Counted from the stretch's first letter, positions 34,258 through 44,452 are shown. The stretch: 64,000 bases of DNA from Acidimicrobiales bacterium (GCA_965220035.1 CBDCPC010000001.1:1539719-1603718); one strand, 5' to 3'. Translations and numbers: made by a program. The notes: generated from the letters alone by a model not told the origin.

Positions 34258-35079
34258 CTAGCCGGTCAGCCGTTGGGCGAGGCGCCGCATCCCGGCCAGC
34301 CAGCGATCGGGATCATCGGCCCGCCGCTTGGCGTACGTCGCCACCTCGGGATGCGGCAGGACGAGGAACCGTCCCTCACGCAGGGCCTCGGCCATGGCGT
34401 CGGCGACGGCCTCCGGCTCCAGCACGCCGTCGACCGCAGCCGCCGATTGGTGCCCGGCCGCGGCACCCGACGTCGTCGTCGGCGCCTGCGCTCCCGTCGA
34501 ACCCTCCAACAGCGGCGTGCGAACCGCCTGCGGGCACAGGGCGGCGACCTGCACGCCCCGGTCGCCGTGCGTGATGGCGAGCCACTCGGCGGCGGCGACT
34601 GCCGCATGCTTGGTGACGGCATAGGAAACGGAGTCCAGCTGGGTCAGCAGCCCCGCTGCGGAGGCGGTCACCACCAGGATGCCGCCGCCGCGCTCCTCCC
34701 AGCGGGGCACCAGGACCGCCGCCGCGTGGAAGTGCGCCATGACGTGGACGTCCCAACTCCGCTGCCAGCCCGCGGCGGTGGTCTCGAGTCCTCCCGGGAC
34801 CAGCAGGCCCGCGTTGGAGCAGTAGATCTCCACGGGACCGAGCGAGCGCTCCACCTTGTCGATCAGGCGACGGGTGGCCGCCGCATCGGTCACGTCGAGG
34901 GTGCGGGCCTCGCCATCCATGTCCGCGGCGACGGCCGCAGCGCCCCCGGCGTCGATGTCGGTGACCACGACCCGGGCGCCGTCGGCGGCGAGGCGCCGGG
35001 CAAGCGCCGCCCCGATACCGCTCGCCGCGCCCGTCACGATCGCCACGGCACCCGGCCGAGGGGGATAGCGGCTGCGCAC
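34258..35079 (-). CDS. Short-chain dehydrogenase/reductase (SDR)
   Basis: It has VTGAASGIGAA and YAVTKHA. The preferred start is GTG 35079 (GAAGGA upstream). The track start at 35202 would add 41 poorly coding-like residues. Confidence 0.82.
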   Translation of the reverse strand: MRSRYPPRPGAVAIVTGAASGIGAALARRLAADGARVVVTDIDAGGAAAVAADMDGEARTLDVTDAAATRRLIDKVERSLGPVEIYCSNAGLLVPGGLETTAAGWQRSWDVHVMAHFHAAAVLVPRWEERGGGILVVTASAAGLLTQLDSVSYAVTKHAAVAAAEWLAITHGDRGVQVAALCPQAVRTPLLEGSTGAQAPTTTSGAAAGHQSAAAVDGVLEPEAVADAMAEALREGRFLVLPHPEVATYAKRRADDPDRWLAGMRRLAQRLTG

Positions 35080-35386
35080 CGGCGCATCCTTCCCGCCGCG
35101 GGGCGATTGTTCCGAGCGGCTGTCCGGTGTGGCGGGCACGGGACGGAGGTTAGAGCCGGCGGCGACGACCGTCCCTGCGCTCGGAGTTGCCAAGCAATGC
35201 AAGATCGCTCACGCCGGGGGAATTGCCGGACACCCGGGCAGCGGAATCGTGTGCCGGCCCCGTAGTGTCCGTGTGGGATGTTCGGCCGCATCGGCCTCGG
35301 CGAACCGGCGAGGTCCGTCCCGGCACAGAGCGGTGCGACCAACCCACCGAAGGCGATCCGTCGACAGGGAGAGGACGAACACGCCG

Positions 35387-36232
35387 ATGGGGATGCTCGG
35401 CAGAAGGGCTTGCGCGTTGGGGGCCTCAGTCCTTCTCGTCGCCGCCTGCGGCGGGAACGGTGCATCCGAGGAGCCCGCGCCCACGGCCGGCGGCTCCGTA
35501 ACGACGACCGAGCGTGCGTCGCAGCCTGCCGACGCGGCCGAGACCACCCCCGAGACAGCGGCTCAGCCCCCGCCCGCGGGCACCCCGACGGCGCCGGCGG
35601 AGAGCCCGGAGCCTCCTACCGAGAGCGCCGATGAGCCGCGCACCGGGAGTGGTGGGCGAGTCGGCGCTGACCTGGCGGATGTCCTGCCGACCGTGTCCAC
35701 GATGGCCGAGTCCTCCGCCTCCCTGCCCGAGACACCCGATGGCTCCGGCGGGTCCCCCGAGGGGATCGAAGGAGTTGTGTCGGTGCCGGTGACGAGCGCC
35801 GAGCACGTGCGTCACGACGTCGAGTACCCGACGGCGCCGCCTGCGGGGGGCCCTCACCTGGGGATCTGGTTGAACTGCGGCTTCTACACGGTGCCGGTCC
35901 TGGACGAGCTGGCTGTTCACTCCCTCGAGCACGGCGCGGTGTGGGTCACGTATCGCTCCGACGTTCCAGCCGGCGCCCTCGGCGAGCTGGCGGTGCTGGC
36001 GACGCGGCTGACGTACCTGCTGGTGTCGCCCTACGAGGCGCAGGACTCACCGCTGGTCCTGACCGCCTGGGCGCGCCAGCTTTCGCTGGATTCTCTGGGT
36101 GACCCCCGCTTCGAACGCTTCCTCGACGTCTATCTGTTCGACGGACCGACGACTCCCGAACCCGGTGCCGCTTGCTCGGGGGCCGTGGGTGTGCCCCCTG
36201 AGCATCCCGACGCGGTGCCGCAGCAGGGATGA
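35387..36232 (+). CDS. DUF3105-domain lipoprotein
   Basis: The signal peptide is MGMLGRRACALGASVLLVAACGG (lipobox). A Pro/Thr/Glu linker follows, and then ..YPTAPPAGGPH....GFY......AVHSLEHGAVWVTY..., which resembles DUF3105. Confidence 0.7.
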   Translation: MGMLGRRACALGASVLLVAACGGNGASEEPAPTAGGSVTTTERASQPADAAETTPETAAQPPPAGTPTAPAESPEPPTESADEPRTGSGGRVGADLADVLPTVSTMAESSASLPETPDGSGGSPEGIEGVVSVPVTSAEHVRHDVEYPTAPPAGGPHLGIWLNCGFYTVPVLDELAVHSLEHGAVWVTYRSDVPAGALGELAVLATRLTYLLVSPYEAQDSPLVLTAWARQLSLDSLGDPRFERFLDVYLFDGPTTPEPGAACSGAVGVPPEHPDAVPQQG

Positions 36233-36960
36233 GCGCCAAGCCGCCGAAGCACCGGCCCGGCCGCTCGGGCGCTCCCGGCTCCCGGGCAACTGCCGGCCGC
36301 GACCACCCTCGGGCGGCGACCGGGGCCCGTCGCAGGCGCCGGCGTGGCCGGCCGGATCGCACCCGCCTTTGGCGCGGCGTGCTCTGGGGAGGCGTTGCCG
36401 TCGGTCTGGCCTGGGTGGCGGTGGCGATGGTCGTCTTCGGTGGCGACGACGAGGATCCGCCGCCTCCCCGGCCCGTGGAGGTGACCGCAGGCGCCGAAGG
36501 GTGCCGTCCGCTTGCGTTCGAGGTCGAGCCGGGCGAGCGCGTCGTCCTGCGGGTGACGAACACCACCGGCAGCGATTTCGAGGTGATCGTCACCGACGAG
36601 GCGGGGCTGGCCCTGCGCCTGTCGCCGGGCTACGACCCGGACAGTCCGGAGGGAGCGGGCACACGGGGGCGAGCCGACATGGTGGTGGCCGATCCAGCGA
36701 GGATCGATCCGCAGTTGCTGCTCGCCGGCGTGTTCGCTCACGAGGGCCACGAGGACGAGGCGGGCCCCAATGCGACCGCGGACTTCCGCTATCGCATGAT
36801 CGTGGCCGAGAACGGCGTGCGCATCATGCTGGTGACGTTCCCCGAGATCGGTGAGTTCGACCCGCTCACCCGCCTCGTGTGCGCCGCCATCGCTCCCGAC
36901 GGCGGCCTGGACGCCACGATGCCCGTGGGCCGGATCGAGGTCGGCTCCTCCGGCGGCTGA
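36229..36960 (+). CDS. Membrane-anchored hypothetical protein with a cupredoxin-like beta domain
   Basis: Its start overlaps the previous stop (ATGA). It has an Arg-rich N-terminus and one TM helix (VLWGGVAVGLAWVAVAMVVF). The segment ..FEVEPGERVVLRVTNTTGSDFEVIV.. resembles EfeO/cupredoxin-type strands. A His/Glu/Asp patch (FAHEGHEDE) follows. Confidence 0.55.
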   Translation: MSAKPPKHRPGRSGAPGSRATAGRDHPRAATGARRRRRRGRPDRTRLWRGVLWGGVAVGLAWVAVAMVVFGGDDEDPPPPRPVEVTAGAEGCRPLAFEVEPGERVVLRVTNTTGSDFEVIVTDEAGLALRLSPGYDPDSPEGAGTRGRADMVVADPARIDPQLLLAGVFAHEGHEDEAGPNATADFRYRMIVAENGVRIMLVTFPEIGEFDPLTRLVCAAIAPDGGLDATMPVGRIEVGSSGG

Positions 36961-36982
36961 CCGCCCGAGATTCGGCGAGCCG

Positions 36983-38770
36983 CTAGCGCAGTTGCGCGGG
37001 GCTGAGAGCGGCGACGATGTCGGCGCCGCCGGTGACCGCAGGCGCCAGTGCCACCGCCGGCGGCAGCAGCTGCCGGCAGAAGAACTCGGCGGTGACCTGC
37101 TTGGCCTCCAGGGCCTCGGACTCCGCTCCGGTCGCCCCGGCGACGATCTCGGCCCGAGCGGCCTCCGCCGAGCGGGCGAGCAGCCAGGCACCGACAACGC
37201 TGGCCAGCAGGCGCAGGTACGGGGTTGCGCCCGCCAGGGCGGCGTCGCCCGGATGCGCCAGCAGCCAGTCGGTGCAGGAGCGTGCCGCAGTGACGGCCTC
37301 CAGCAGCGGCGCCCGCAGAGCCGTGAGGTCGTCGTGCAGCGTCTCGCCGGTCGCCCCGACCCTGTCCAACAACTCGTGGACGACCGCCCCGCTGCGCATG
37401 GGCAGCTTGCGCCCGACGAGGTCGATGGCCTGGATGCCGTTGGTGCCCTCGTAGATGGCGGCAATACGCACGTCCCGGCAGTACTGCGCCGCTCCCGTCT
37501 CCTCCACATAGCCCATCCCGCCGTGGACTTGCAGTGCCAGAGAAGTCGTCTCGTTGGCCACGTCGGTGCACCAAGCCTTGGACAGCGGCGTCAGCAGGTC
37601 GCACAACTCCTGCGCGGCGCGCCGTTCCGCCTCGTCGGGGTGGTGCTGGGCGAGGTCCAGCGCGGTGGCGTTGAAGTAGCACAGGCAGCGCATCGCCTCG
37701 ATGTAGGCCTTCTGGGTCAGCAACATGCGCCGTACATCGGGGTGCTCGATGATGGCTGCGCGCTCACCCGGCGCCGTGGTCGACCGGCGGCCCTGCAGGC
37801 GCTCGGTGGCGTGGTCGACGGACTGCTGGTAGGCCCGGTCAGCGACACCGACACCCTCCAGCCCGACGCCGAGGCGGGCATTGTTCATCATGGTGAACAT
37901 GTAGACCATGCCCATGTTCTCCTCGCCGATGAGGTAACCCACGGCACCGTCCCGATCGCCGAGGGACATCACGCAGGTGGGGCTGGCGTGGATGCCCAAC
38001 TTGTGCTCGATCGAGACGCAGCTGATGTCGTTGCGCTCGCCCGGAAGCCCGGAGGCGTCGGGCAGGTACTTGGGGACGATGAAGCACGAGATTCCCCGCG
38101 AGCCGGGCGGAGCGTCCGGTGTACGCGCCAGCACGAGGTGGATGGTGTTGGCGGCCATGTCGTGCTCGCCCCAGGTGATGAAGATCTTCTGGCCGCGCAG
38201 GCGGTAGCTGCCGTCGCCGGCCGGCTCGGCGCGCGTCGTCAGGGCGCCGAGATCCGAACCGGCGTGGGGTTCGGTCAGCAGCATCGTGGCGGTCCACTCA
38301 CCGGCGACGAGGTTCGGCAGGTAGTCGGCGCGCTGGGCCGGACTGCCGTGAAGGTCGAGTAGATGGATGCCACCCTGCGTCAGCAGCGGGCACAGTGACA
38401 GCGCCAGGTTCGAGGCCGTCATCATCTCCTGGAGGGCCAGCCCCACGGTCCACGGCAGGCCGCCTCCGCCGAGTTCGGGCCCGAAGGCCGCCGCGCCCCA
38501 GCCCGCCTTCACGTACGCCTCGTAGGCGTCACGGAAACCGGGCGGTGTGGTGACGGTGCCGTCGTCGTTGTGGACGCTGGCAGTCGTGTCGCCGGTACGG
38601 TTCAGCGGAGCGAAGACCTCCGAGAAGAACCGGCCGGCCTCGGTGAGCATGTCCTCGACGCTGTCGGGGTCGAAGGAACCGAAGGCCTCCAGCTTGGCCA
38701 GCGACCGCACGTCGCAGATGTGCTCGAGGACGAACTGCATGTCCTGCAGTGGCGGACGGTAGGTGCTCAT
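36983..38770 (-). CDS. Long-type acyl-CoA dehydrogenase (FadE-like, ~595 aa)
   Basis: ATG at 38770 follows GAGGAG. It has ..TEPHAGSDLGAL..., ..GQKIFITWGEHD.. and ..IYEGTNGIQ.., typical acyl-CoA dehydrogenase blocks. Confidence 0.88.
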   Translation of the reverse strand: MSTYRPPLQDMQFVLEHICDVRSLAKLEAFGSFDPDSVEDMLTEAGRFFSEVFAPLNRTGDTTASVHNDDGTVTTPPGFRDAYEAYVKAGWGAAAFGPELGGGGLPWTVGLALQEMMTASNLALSLCPLLTQGGIHLLDLHGSPAQRADYLPNLVAGEWTATMLLTEPHAGSDLGALTTRAEPAGDGSYRLRGQKIFITWGEHDMAANTIHLVLARTPDAPPGSRGISCFIVPKYLPDASGLPGERNDISCVSIEHKLGIHASPTCVMSLGDRDGAVGYLIGEENMGMVYMFTMMNNARLGVGLEGVGVADRAYQQSVDHATERLQGRRSTTAPGERAAIIEHPDVRRMLLTQKAYIEAMRCLCYFNATALDLAQHHPDEAERRAAQELCDLLTPLSKAWCTDVANETTSLALQVHGGMGYVEETGAAQYCRDVRIAAIYEGTNGIQAIDLVGRKLPMRSGAVVHELLDRVGATGETLHDDLTALRAPLLEAVTAARSCTDWLLAHPGDAALAGATPYLRLLASVVGAWLLARSAEAARAEIVAGATGAESEALEAKQVTAEFFCRQLLPPAVALAPAVTGGADIVAALSPAQLR

Positions 38771-39077
38771 GTTCTCCTCGAGTCTCGAGTCTCCGCCGCT
38801 GCGGGCGCCTGGCGCTGCCACCGATCGGGGCGATGTTCGCGATTCACGGTACCGGTTCGGCGCCTGGCATCTGACACGGGAGCGCGCGGCGAGTTCGTGC
38901 AATCTGCCGCGCGTGCCTCGATCGGACATGAGCGACGCCCAGGTAGTGGAATCGGCGAGCACGTGGGGACAGGCTCCTGGCGCGGTCGATCCGTCCGCCG
39001 CGGGTTGCAACCGGAGGCATCAGCCCGCGGATCGGCTAGAAAACAGCGGCGGAGGAATCACCGAGGGAGGATCCACC

Positions 39078-39575
39078 ATGCCCGAAATCGAGTTTCACGG
39101 GAGCATCATGCACACCGGCGGCGACCTGCCCAGCGTGGGTGGGCCTGCTCCGGACTTCAGCCTCACTGGTGACGGATTGGCGCCGGTGAACCTCAGTGAC
39201 TTCGCGCGCCGGCGCGTTGTCTTGAACATCTTCCCCAGCATCGACACGCAGACCTGCGCCACGTCCGTCCGTGCCTTCAACGAGCGTGCCGCCGGGCTCG
39301 ACAACACCGCAGTGCTGTGTGTCTCGGCCGACCTGCCGTTCGCTGCCTCGCGGTTCTGCGGCGACGAAGGCATCGAGAACGTCTCCTGTGCCTCGACGTT
39401 CCGTTCGCCGGAATTCTACGACGGCTACGGCGTGCGCATCATGGACGGCCCGCTGGAGGGACTGTGCGCTCGTGCAGTCGTGGTCATCGATGAGCAGGGC
39501 AACGTCGCCCATACGGAATTCGTGAACCCGATCAACGACGAGCCCAACTACGACGCCGCGCTCAGCGCTCTGTAG
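39078..39575 (+). CDS. tpx: Thiol peroxidase (Tpx-type peroxiredoxin)
   Basis: A 165-aa ORF with SD GGGAGG. It has ..APDFSL...........LNIFPSIDTQTCA.. (peroxidatic Cys) and ..SADLPFAASRFC... Confidence 0.9.
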   Translation: MPEIEFHGSIMHTGGDLPSVGGPAPDFSLTGDGLAPVNLSDFARRRVVLNIFPSIDTQTCATSVRAFNERAAGLDNTAVLCVSADLPFAASRFCGDEGIENVSCASTFRSPEFYDGYGVRIMDGPLEGLCARAVVVIDEQGNVAHTEFVNPINDEPNYDAALSAL

Positions 39576-39608
39576 CAGCCGTCGTTCGCGACCAGGCGCC
39601 CGGCCGGT

Positions 39609-40826
39609 ATGCAGCGGCCGACGGAGTTTTCGATGCCCCCAGCGCTCGACGGCGTTCGCGTCCTGGAGACCGGTGTCCTCTTGGCCGGACCCTTCTGCGG
39701 GCAGCTCCTCGCCGACTTCGGCGCCGAGGTCATCAAGATCGAGCAACCCGGTGTCGGCGATCCGATGCGCCAGTGGGGTCGGGAGAAGTCCGGGGGCCAC
39801 TCGCTGTGGTGGCCCGTCGTGGCCCGCAACAAGAAGTCGGTCACGCTCAACCTGCGGGAACAGCGCGGCCAGGACCTCGTACGACGCCTCGTTGCCTCCA
39901 GCGACATCCTGGTCGAGAACTTCCGGCCCGGGACGCTGGAACGCTGGGGCCTCGGCTACGAGGATCTCTCGGCGATCAACCCGCGCCTGATCCTCGTCCG
40001 GGTCACGGGGTTCGGTCAGACCGGCCCGTACGCCGGGCGGCCCGGCTACGGCTCGGTCGGCGAGGCCATGGGCGGGCTGCGGTACGTGGTCGGCAATCCC
40101 GACGCTCCGCCGAGCCGGGTCGGCATCAGCATCGGTGACACGCTGGCGGCGACGTTCGCCTGCGTCGGGGCGCTCTGCGCCCTGCACGCCCGCGAGCGCA
40201 CCGGCCGCGGCCAGGTGGTGGACTCGGCCATCTACGAAGCTGTGCTGGGGGTCATGGAATCGCTGATCCCCGAGTACGCCGTGGCCGGGTACATACGCGA
40301 GCGGAGCGGGGCCATCATTCCCAACGTGGCACCTTCCAACGTGTACCCCGCAGCCGATGGGCAGATGGTCATCATCGCCGCGAATCAGGACACGGTGTTC
40401 GGCCGGCTGGCCGAGGCCATGGGCCGCTCCGATCTGGCCACCGACGAGCGCTTCGCCACGCACGTGGCACGGGGAACTCACCAGGTCGAACTGGACGAGT
40501 TGATCGCCACGTGGACGGCGAGCCTGGATGCAGAAGCGCTCAACGAGGTCCTGCTGCAGCACGGCGTACCGACGGGGCACATCTACCGGGCACCGGAGAT
40601 GCTCCGCGACCCCCATTTCGCGGCCCGCGAGGCCATCGTGCGCCTCACCCATCCCGAGATCGGCGAACTCCCGATGCAGAACGTCGTGCCGAAACTGTCC
40701 GAGACACCGGGTCGGCTGAAGTGGCCCGGCCCCGAACTCGGAGCACACAACGAGGAGATACTCACCGGACTGCTCGGCCTCAGCAGCGACGAGGTAGCCG
40801 AACTGCTCGCCGACGGCATTGTCTGA
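39609..40826 (+). CDS. Family III CoA-transferase (CaiB/BaiF family)
   Basis: A 405-aa ORF with ..LDGVRVLETGVLLAGPFCGQLLADFGAEVIKIE.. and ..ILVENFRPGTLERWGLGY... The start could be ATG 39633. Confidence 0.88.
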   Translation: MQRPTEFSMPPALDGVRVLETGVLLAGPFCGQLLADFGAEVIKIEQPGVGDPMRQWGREKSGGHSLWWPVVARNKKSVTLNLREQRGQDLVRRLVASSDILVENFRPGTLERWGLGYEDLSAINPRLILVRVTGFGQTGPYAGRPGYGSVGEAMGGLRYVVGNPDAPPSRVGISIGDTLAATFACVGALCALHARERTGRGQVVDSAIYEAVLGVMESLIPEYAVAGYIRERSGAIIPNVAPSNVYPAADGQMVIIAANQDTVFGRLAEAMGRSDLATDERFATHVARGTHQVELDELIATWTASLDAEALNEVLLQHGVPTGHIYRAPEMLRDPHFAAREAIVRLTHPEIGELPMQNVVPKLSETPGRLKWPGPELGAHNEEILTGLLGLSSDEVAELLADGIV

Positions 40827-40862
40827 CCGGTTGCACCGCGGCGCGCCGAGCCGGGATCGCGA

Positions 40863-42418
40863 TCACCGATCACCCCCGGGGGCAAGCTCCCTATCCACCC
40901 TGACGGGCGGGGAAACATGCCGGCGCGGCCGCAGCACTACGGTCGCCAAGAGGGCAGCGACAGCGACCGCGCCCAGGGTTATGAGGGTGGCCTGTCCCAC
41001 GGCCGTGGTGAACGCCTGCTCTCCGGCGATCTCGTAGAGAAGGCCGTCGGCCGCCGAGACACGCGGCGGTACTGCACTGCGGCCGAGGGCCAGATCGCCA
41101 ATGATTTCCTCCGGCACGTGGGGGTCGAGGCCCGTGTCCTCCAGCAGGCTCCGGTAGATGTCACCGACGCGCGACGCGACCAGAGATCCGATGATCGCGA
41201 ACGAGAGGAGTTGGCCGAACTGTATCGCCACCGTGTGAGCCCCCGTGATGAGGCCGCTGCGGGAAGTCGGTGCCGCGCTGAGGGCGAGGTGGAGCGAGAC
41301 CGGCGCGAACATTGACATCGCGCCCCCCACGAATCCCAGGGCGAGCCCGATGACGACATAGGAGGACGACGGTGTCATGCGGGAGAGTGTCGCCAGACCT
41401 GCCGCCTCCAGCAGAACGGCGGCTCCGAGCATGCGCCCGAGACCGAACCGTTCGAGCAGGCGTATGGCGAATGGGGAGATGAGGGCCGCCACGATGCCGA
41501 ACGGCATGAAGGCAACGCCGGCGACCAGCGGGGAGAACCCGAGCACGGTCTGCAGATGCGTGATGACGAAGAACATCGTCCCGACGATGGGGACGATCGC
41601 CAGCACCATGATGGTGAGGCCCGCGGCAAGCCTCCGACGGTCGTACCCCGAGTCCGGGCCCGTGCCGTCCCGGGATCGCAGGATGATCACCATCAGCGCC
41701 AGCACTGCCACCCCCGCAGCCATCCGCCAGAGAGCCGAGGAGGCACCCCAGCCGTCCTGACCGGCGCTGATCAATCCCCAGATCAGCAAAGCCAGGCCGG
41801 CCGAGCCCGCCATGCTCGGCACGACCGGCAGATGGGCCGCAGTAGGCGAACCGGCTCTCCCCGGACGCCGAACAACGTTGGAGCCAGGGCGGCAAGCGTC
41901 AAGGCGCCCGACACCCAGAAGATCGACGACCACGGCCCCACGCGCAGGAGTAACCCGCCGACCGGAGGGCCGATGGCCACACCGCCCAGCGCTCCGGTGA
42001 ACCACAGGCCCAGCGCCGAGTTGAGCGGGCGCCCCGGCGGCAGGTGCGCCCGCAGCAGCGCCACCGACGCCGGGAAGGCCATTGCCGCGCCCGTGCCCGT
42101 GAGCGCCCTCAGGCCGATCAGCTGGCCCATGCTCCCGGCGAAGGCGTTGCCGACCGAGCCGGCCAGGAAGAGCGCCAGCCCCCAGCGGAGGATGACCGAG
42201 GCGCCGAACCGGTCCGCCAGGCCACCACCAAGGGTTACCAGGGCCGCCAGCGGCAGGAGGAAACCCGAGAACATCCACTGTGTCGTGGACAGGTCGGCGC
42301 CGAGGGCCTCGGTGATGGACGGCGCCGCCAGCAGCACGATCGACTGGTCGAGGTTCAGGACCAGGGACGTGAGGGTCGCCGACGCCGTCACCCCCCAGTG
42401 GGATCGTTCCGCGGTCAC
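40863..42418 (-). pseudogene. DHA2-type (14-TM) MFS transporter, with the reading frame broken once
   Basis: The N-terminal half (TM1-6) lies in ORF 41783..42418. The C-terminal half (..HLPVVPSMAGSAGLALLIWGLISAG...) lies in the frame of ORF 40863..42278. The frames switch within about 41835..41875, and a single-nucleotide gain would restore one ORF. Confidence 0.75.
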
Positions 42419-42715
42419 TTGTGGTCCGAGCGCGCGGGAGAGCCGGTCACTCTCCCTCGATGCGGTCCACGAACGGCATCACGGCGAAGGCACAGCCCCT
42501 CGGACACTCCGGCGGGACCGTCACCCCCCGTTGGACGTCGGGGTCGGGTCCCGGGCCCTCGACGTGCCCGCTGTGGGGAACGGTCTCGTGCGCCTTCACG
42601 GTCTACGAGTACAGCACTGTCCAGGGCTGCCTGCACCTGCTACCGACGTCGGCCATGAACTGGTAGACGTTCCGAACGTCGAACGCCTCGCTGCAACCGT
42701 AGGCGCGAGGAACCG

Positions 42716-43246
42716 TTACACCGTCTCGTTGACGTGGCGGTGCGGGCAGAGCCTGCTGGTCGCCCAGGAGTGCCAGCCGGAGAGTTCGGGATCGTTGACG
42801 AGGAGGGCGGCCGCGCCAATGTTCACTGCGGGATCGAGGTACGTCTCGTCGTTGCGCCCGAACCACGCCACCATGCGCTCGTGATACTCCGAGCCGATCC
42901 ACCAGTCGGAATTGATCTGCATCAGACCGAACGAGCCGCGTGCCGGGTCGTCCCGATTCGTGAGACCAGGGTCGCCGCCCGACTCATAGGAGATGATGCA
43001 CAACGCCGTGGCGGCGTCGGCCGGTTCAAAGACTGCGCACACCGTCGGCGCCCAACGCATCACCGCCTCCGGTTCGACGCTGTCGCTGAGGACCGGCTCC
43101 CCTTCCAGGCAGGAGATCTCACTGTTGTTGGAGGAATCCGACGCCAGCTGAAGTGCGAGCCAGAGGCTGTTGACGTCGGATGGCGAGCATCCCAGGAGGA
43201 GTAGCGACGCGCCGAGGCAGATCGCGAACCGGACAGGCACGCGCAT
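42716..43246 (-). CDS. Lytic transglycosylase (SLT-domain) lipoprotein
   Basis: ATG at 43246 gives the signal peptide MRVPVRFAICLGASLLLLGCS (lipobox). The catalytic Glu context is ISYESGGDP, followed by GLMQIN. Confidence 0.75.
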   Translation of the reverse strand: MRVPVRFAICLGASLLLLGCSPSDVNSLWLALQLASDSSNNSEISCLEGEPVLSDSVEPEAVMRWAPTVCAVFEPADAATALCIISYESGGDPGLTNRDDPARGSFGLMQINSDWWIGSEYHERMVAWFGRNDETYLDPAVNIGAAALLVNDPELSGWHSWATSRLCPHRHVNETV

Positions 43247-43491
43247 GCCGGGCCGGCGGGCACCAGTCGGTCTCCCGACTGCGAAGGGACGCGAGGAATC
43301 TTGCGACAAGAGCACCGGGGCAGGCTAGGCACTTGCCCGAGCGGAATGTCACACGACGTGATGTGAAATATGTCAAACACGTCACCCTGTGGAAATTGTC
43401 AAGCACACAGGGCCGGTCACCATGCTGGTTGCGGATCGGCTAGCAACTCGGTTTGCGGAGAACGGAGACACGCGTACAGGGGAGTTCACGC

Positions 43492-43710
43492 ATGGCTGCG
43501 ATCGAGCACGAAGGAGACACCCTCAACACGAGCGGTGACTTGCCCAATATCGGTGCCGGGGCTCCGGATTTCATGCTGGTCGGGGCCGATATGGAACGGA
43601 TGGGCCTCGGAGCCTTCGCCGGTCAGAGGCTGGTGCTCAATATCTTCCCGAGCATCGACACGGAGACCTGCGCCGAGAGCGTGCGAGTGTTCAACGAGCG
43701 CGTCACGGGC
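43492..43710 (+). pseudogene. 5' fragment (~70 codons) of a second tpx paralog, truncated at the vapC stop codon
   Basis: MAAIEHEGDTLNTSGDLPNIGAGAPDFML......LNIFPSIDTETCAESVRVFNER aligns with Tpx residues 1-72. Similarity ends at about 43705-43712, exactly where the convergent vapC ORF ends (stop at 43703..43705). Confidence 0.75.
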
Positions 43711-44125
43711 TACTCGAAACCGCCAGGCGTTCGACGGGTTGGCCGGTGATGTTGGCGATGAGTTCGAAATCCTTGCCCAGGTGCAGGACGGTCAGCCGGG
43801 ACAGTTCGGCGATCGCGGCGATGAGCAGGTCCGGGATCGACGGCGCGCGGTGATGGCCGGCCCTCGACAGCGCTTGCTGCACCACCATCGCGCGGTCCTC
43901 GCCGGCGGGCGTCAGGTACTCGACGGGCATGGCGCTGAGCGGCGGTTCGGTGACGCTCCGCCGGAGGTCGTCGGCCGAGCGGGCCGAGAACCCCACCTCA
44001 AGTCGGGTGAGCGTCGAGATCCGTACCAGCCCGCGGCCGATTCGTGACGCCCACTCTGCCGTGTCGGGGCTCGTGGCGAGCCGTACCAGCGCCGACTTGT
44101 CGATCAGCCAGCCGGTCACGTCCAC
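43703..44125 (-). CDS. vapC: PIN-domain VapC toxin
   Basis: It carries conserved acidic positions (LIDKSAL.., ..RLEVGF.., ..IPDLLIAA.., ..GKDFE..). The likely start is GTG 44119, which overlaps the vapB stop (GTGA). The track start is GTG 44125. Confidence 0.85.
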   Translation of the reverse strand: MDVTGWLIDKSALVRLATSPDTAEWASRIGRGLVRISTLTRLEVGFSARSADDLRRSVTEPPLSAMPVEYLTPAGEDRAMVVQQALSRAGHHRAPSIPDLLIAAIAELSRLTVLHLGKDFELIANITGQPVERLAVSSSP

Positions 44126-44337
44126 GCCGACTGCATCACGTCGCCGTCGGCGAGGTCACAGAAGGTCTGTCCGAAACGGCGCAGCGACTCCACGGTCACG
44201 TCGCCGCCGCCGGTGGTCCGCTCACGCTCCAGCAGCCTTCGCAGGTACTCCACCCGCGAGAGGCCGACCGCTCTGGCGTTCACCTCGATGGCCGCAACAA
44301 CGTCATCGGGAACGTCGCGCACAAGGATGTCGACCAC
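44116..44337 (-). CDS. vapB: VapB-type antitoxin (Arc/MetJ-like RHH)
   Basis: A 73-aa ORF with a GTG start after [43 protein letters not shown] is an RHH beta-strand plus helices. Confidence 0.8.
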   Translation of the reverse strand: MVDILVRDVPDDVVAAIEVNARAVGLSRVEYLRRLLERERTTGGGDVTVESLRRFGQTFCDLADGDVMQSAWT

Positions 44338-44371
44338 GGGTCACCTCCTACGGTCATCTCCGCTCGCACGA

Positions 44372-44383
44372 TATCACCTGATA
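44372..44383. promoter_or_regulatory. Palindrome TATCA-CC-TGATA upstream of vapB; candidate operator overlapping an AT-rich -10-like stretch
   Basis: Read directly from the sequence, 35-46 bp upstream of the vapB start codon. Confidence 0.3.
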
Positions 44384-44452
44384 CTACCACGCCGCCGCGC
44401 GGCCGGGCGCCGGGTATCATGCAGCCGCTCCCCACAATGGAGGCCGGTTCTC

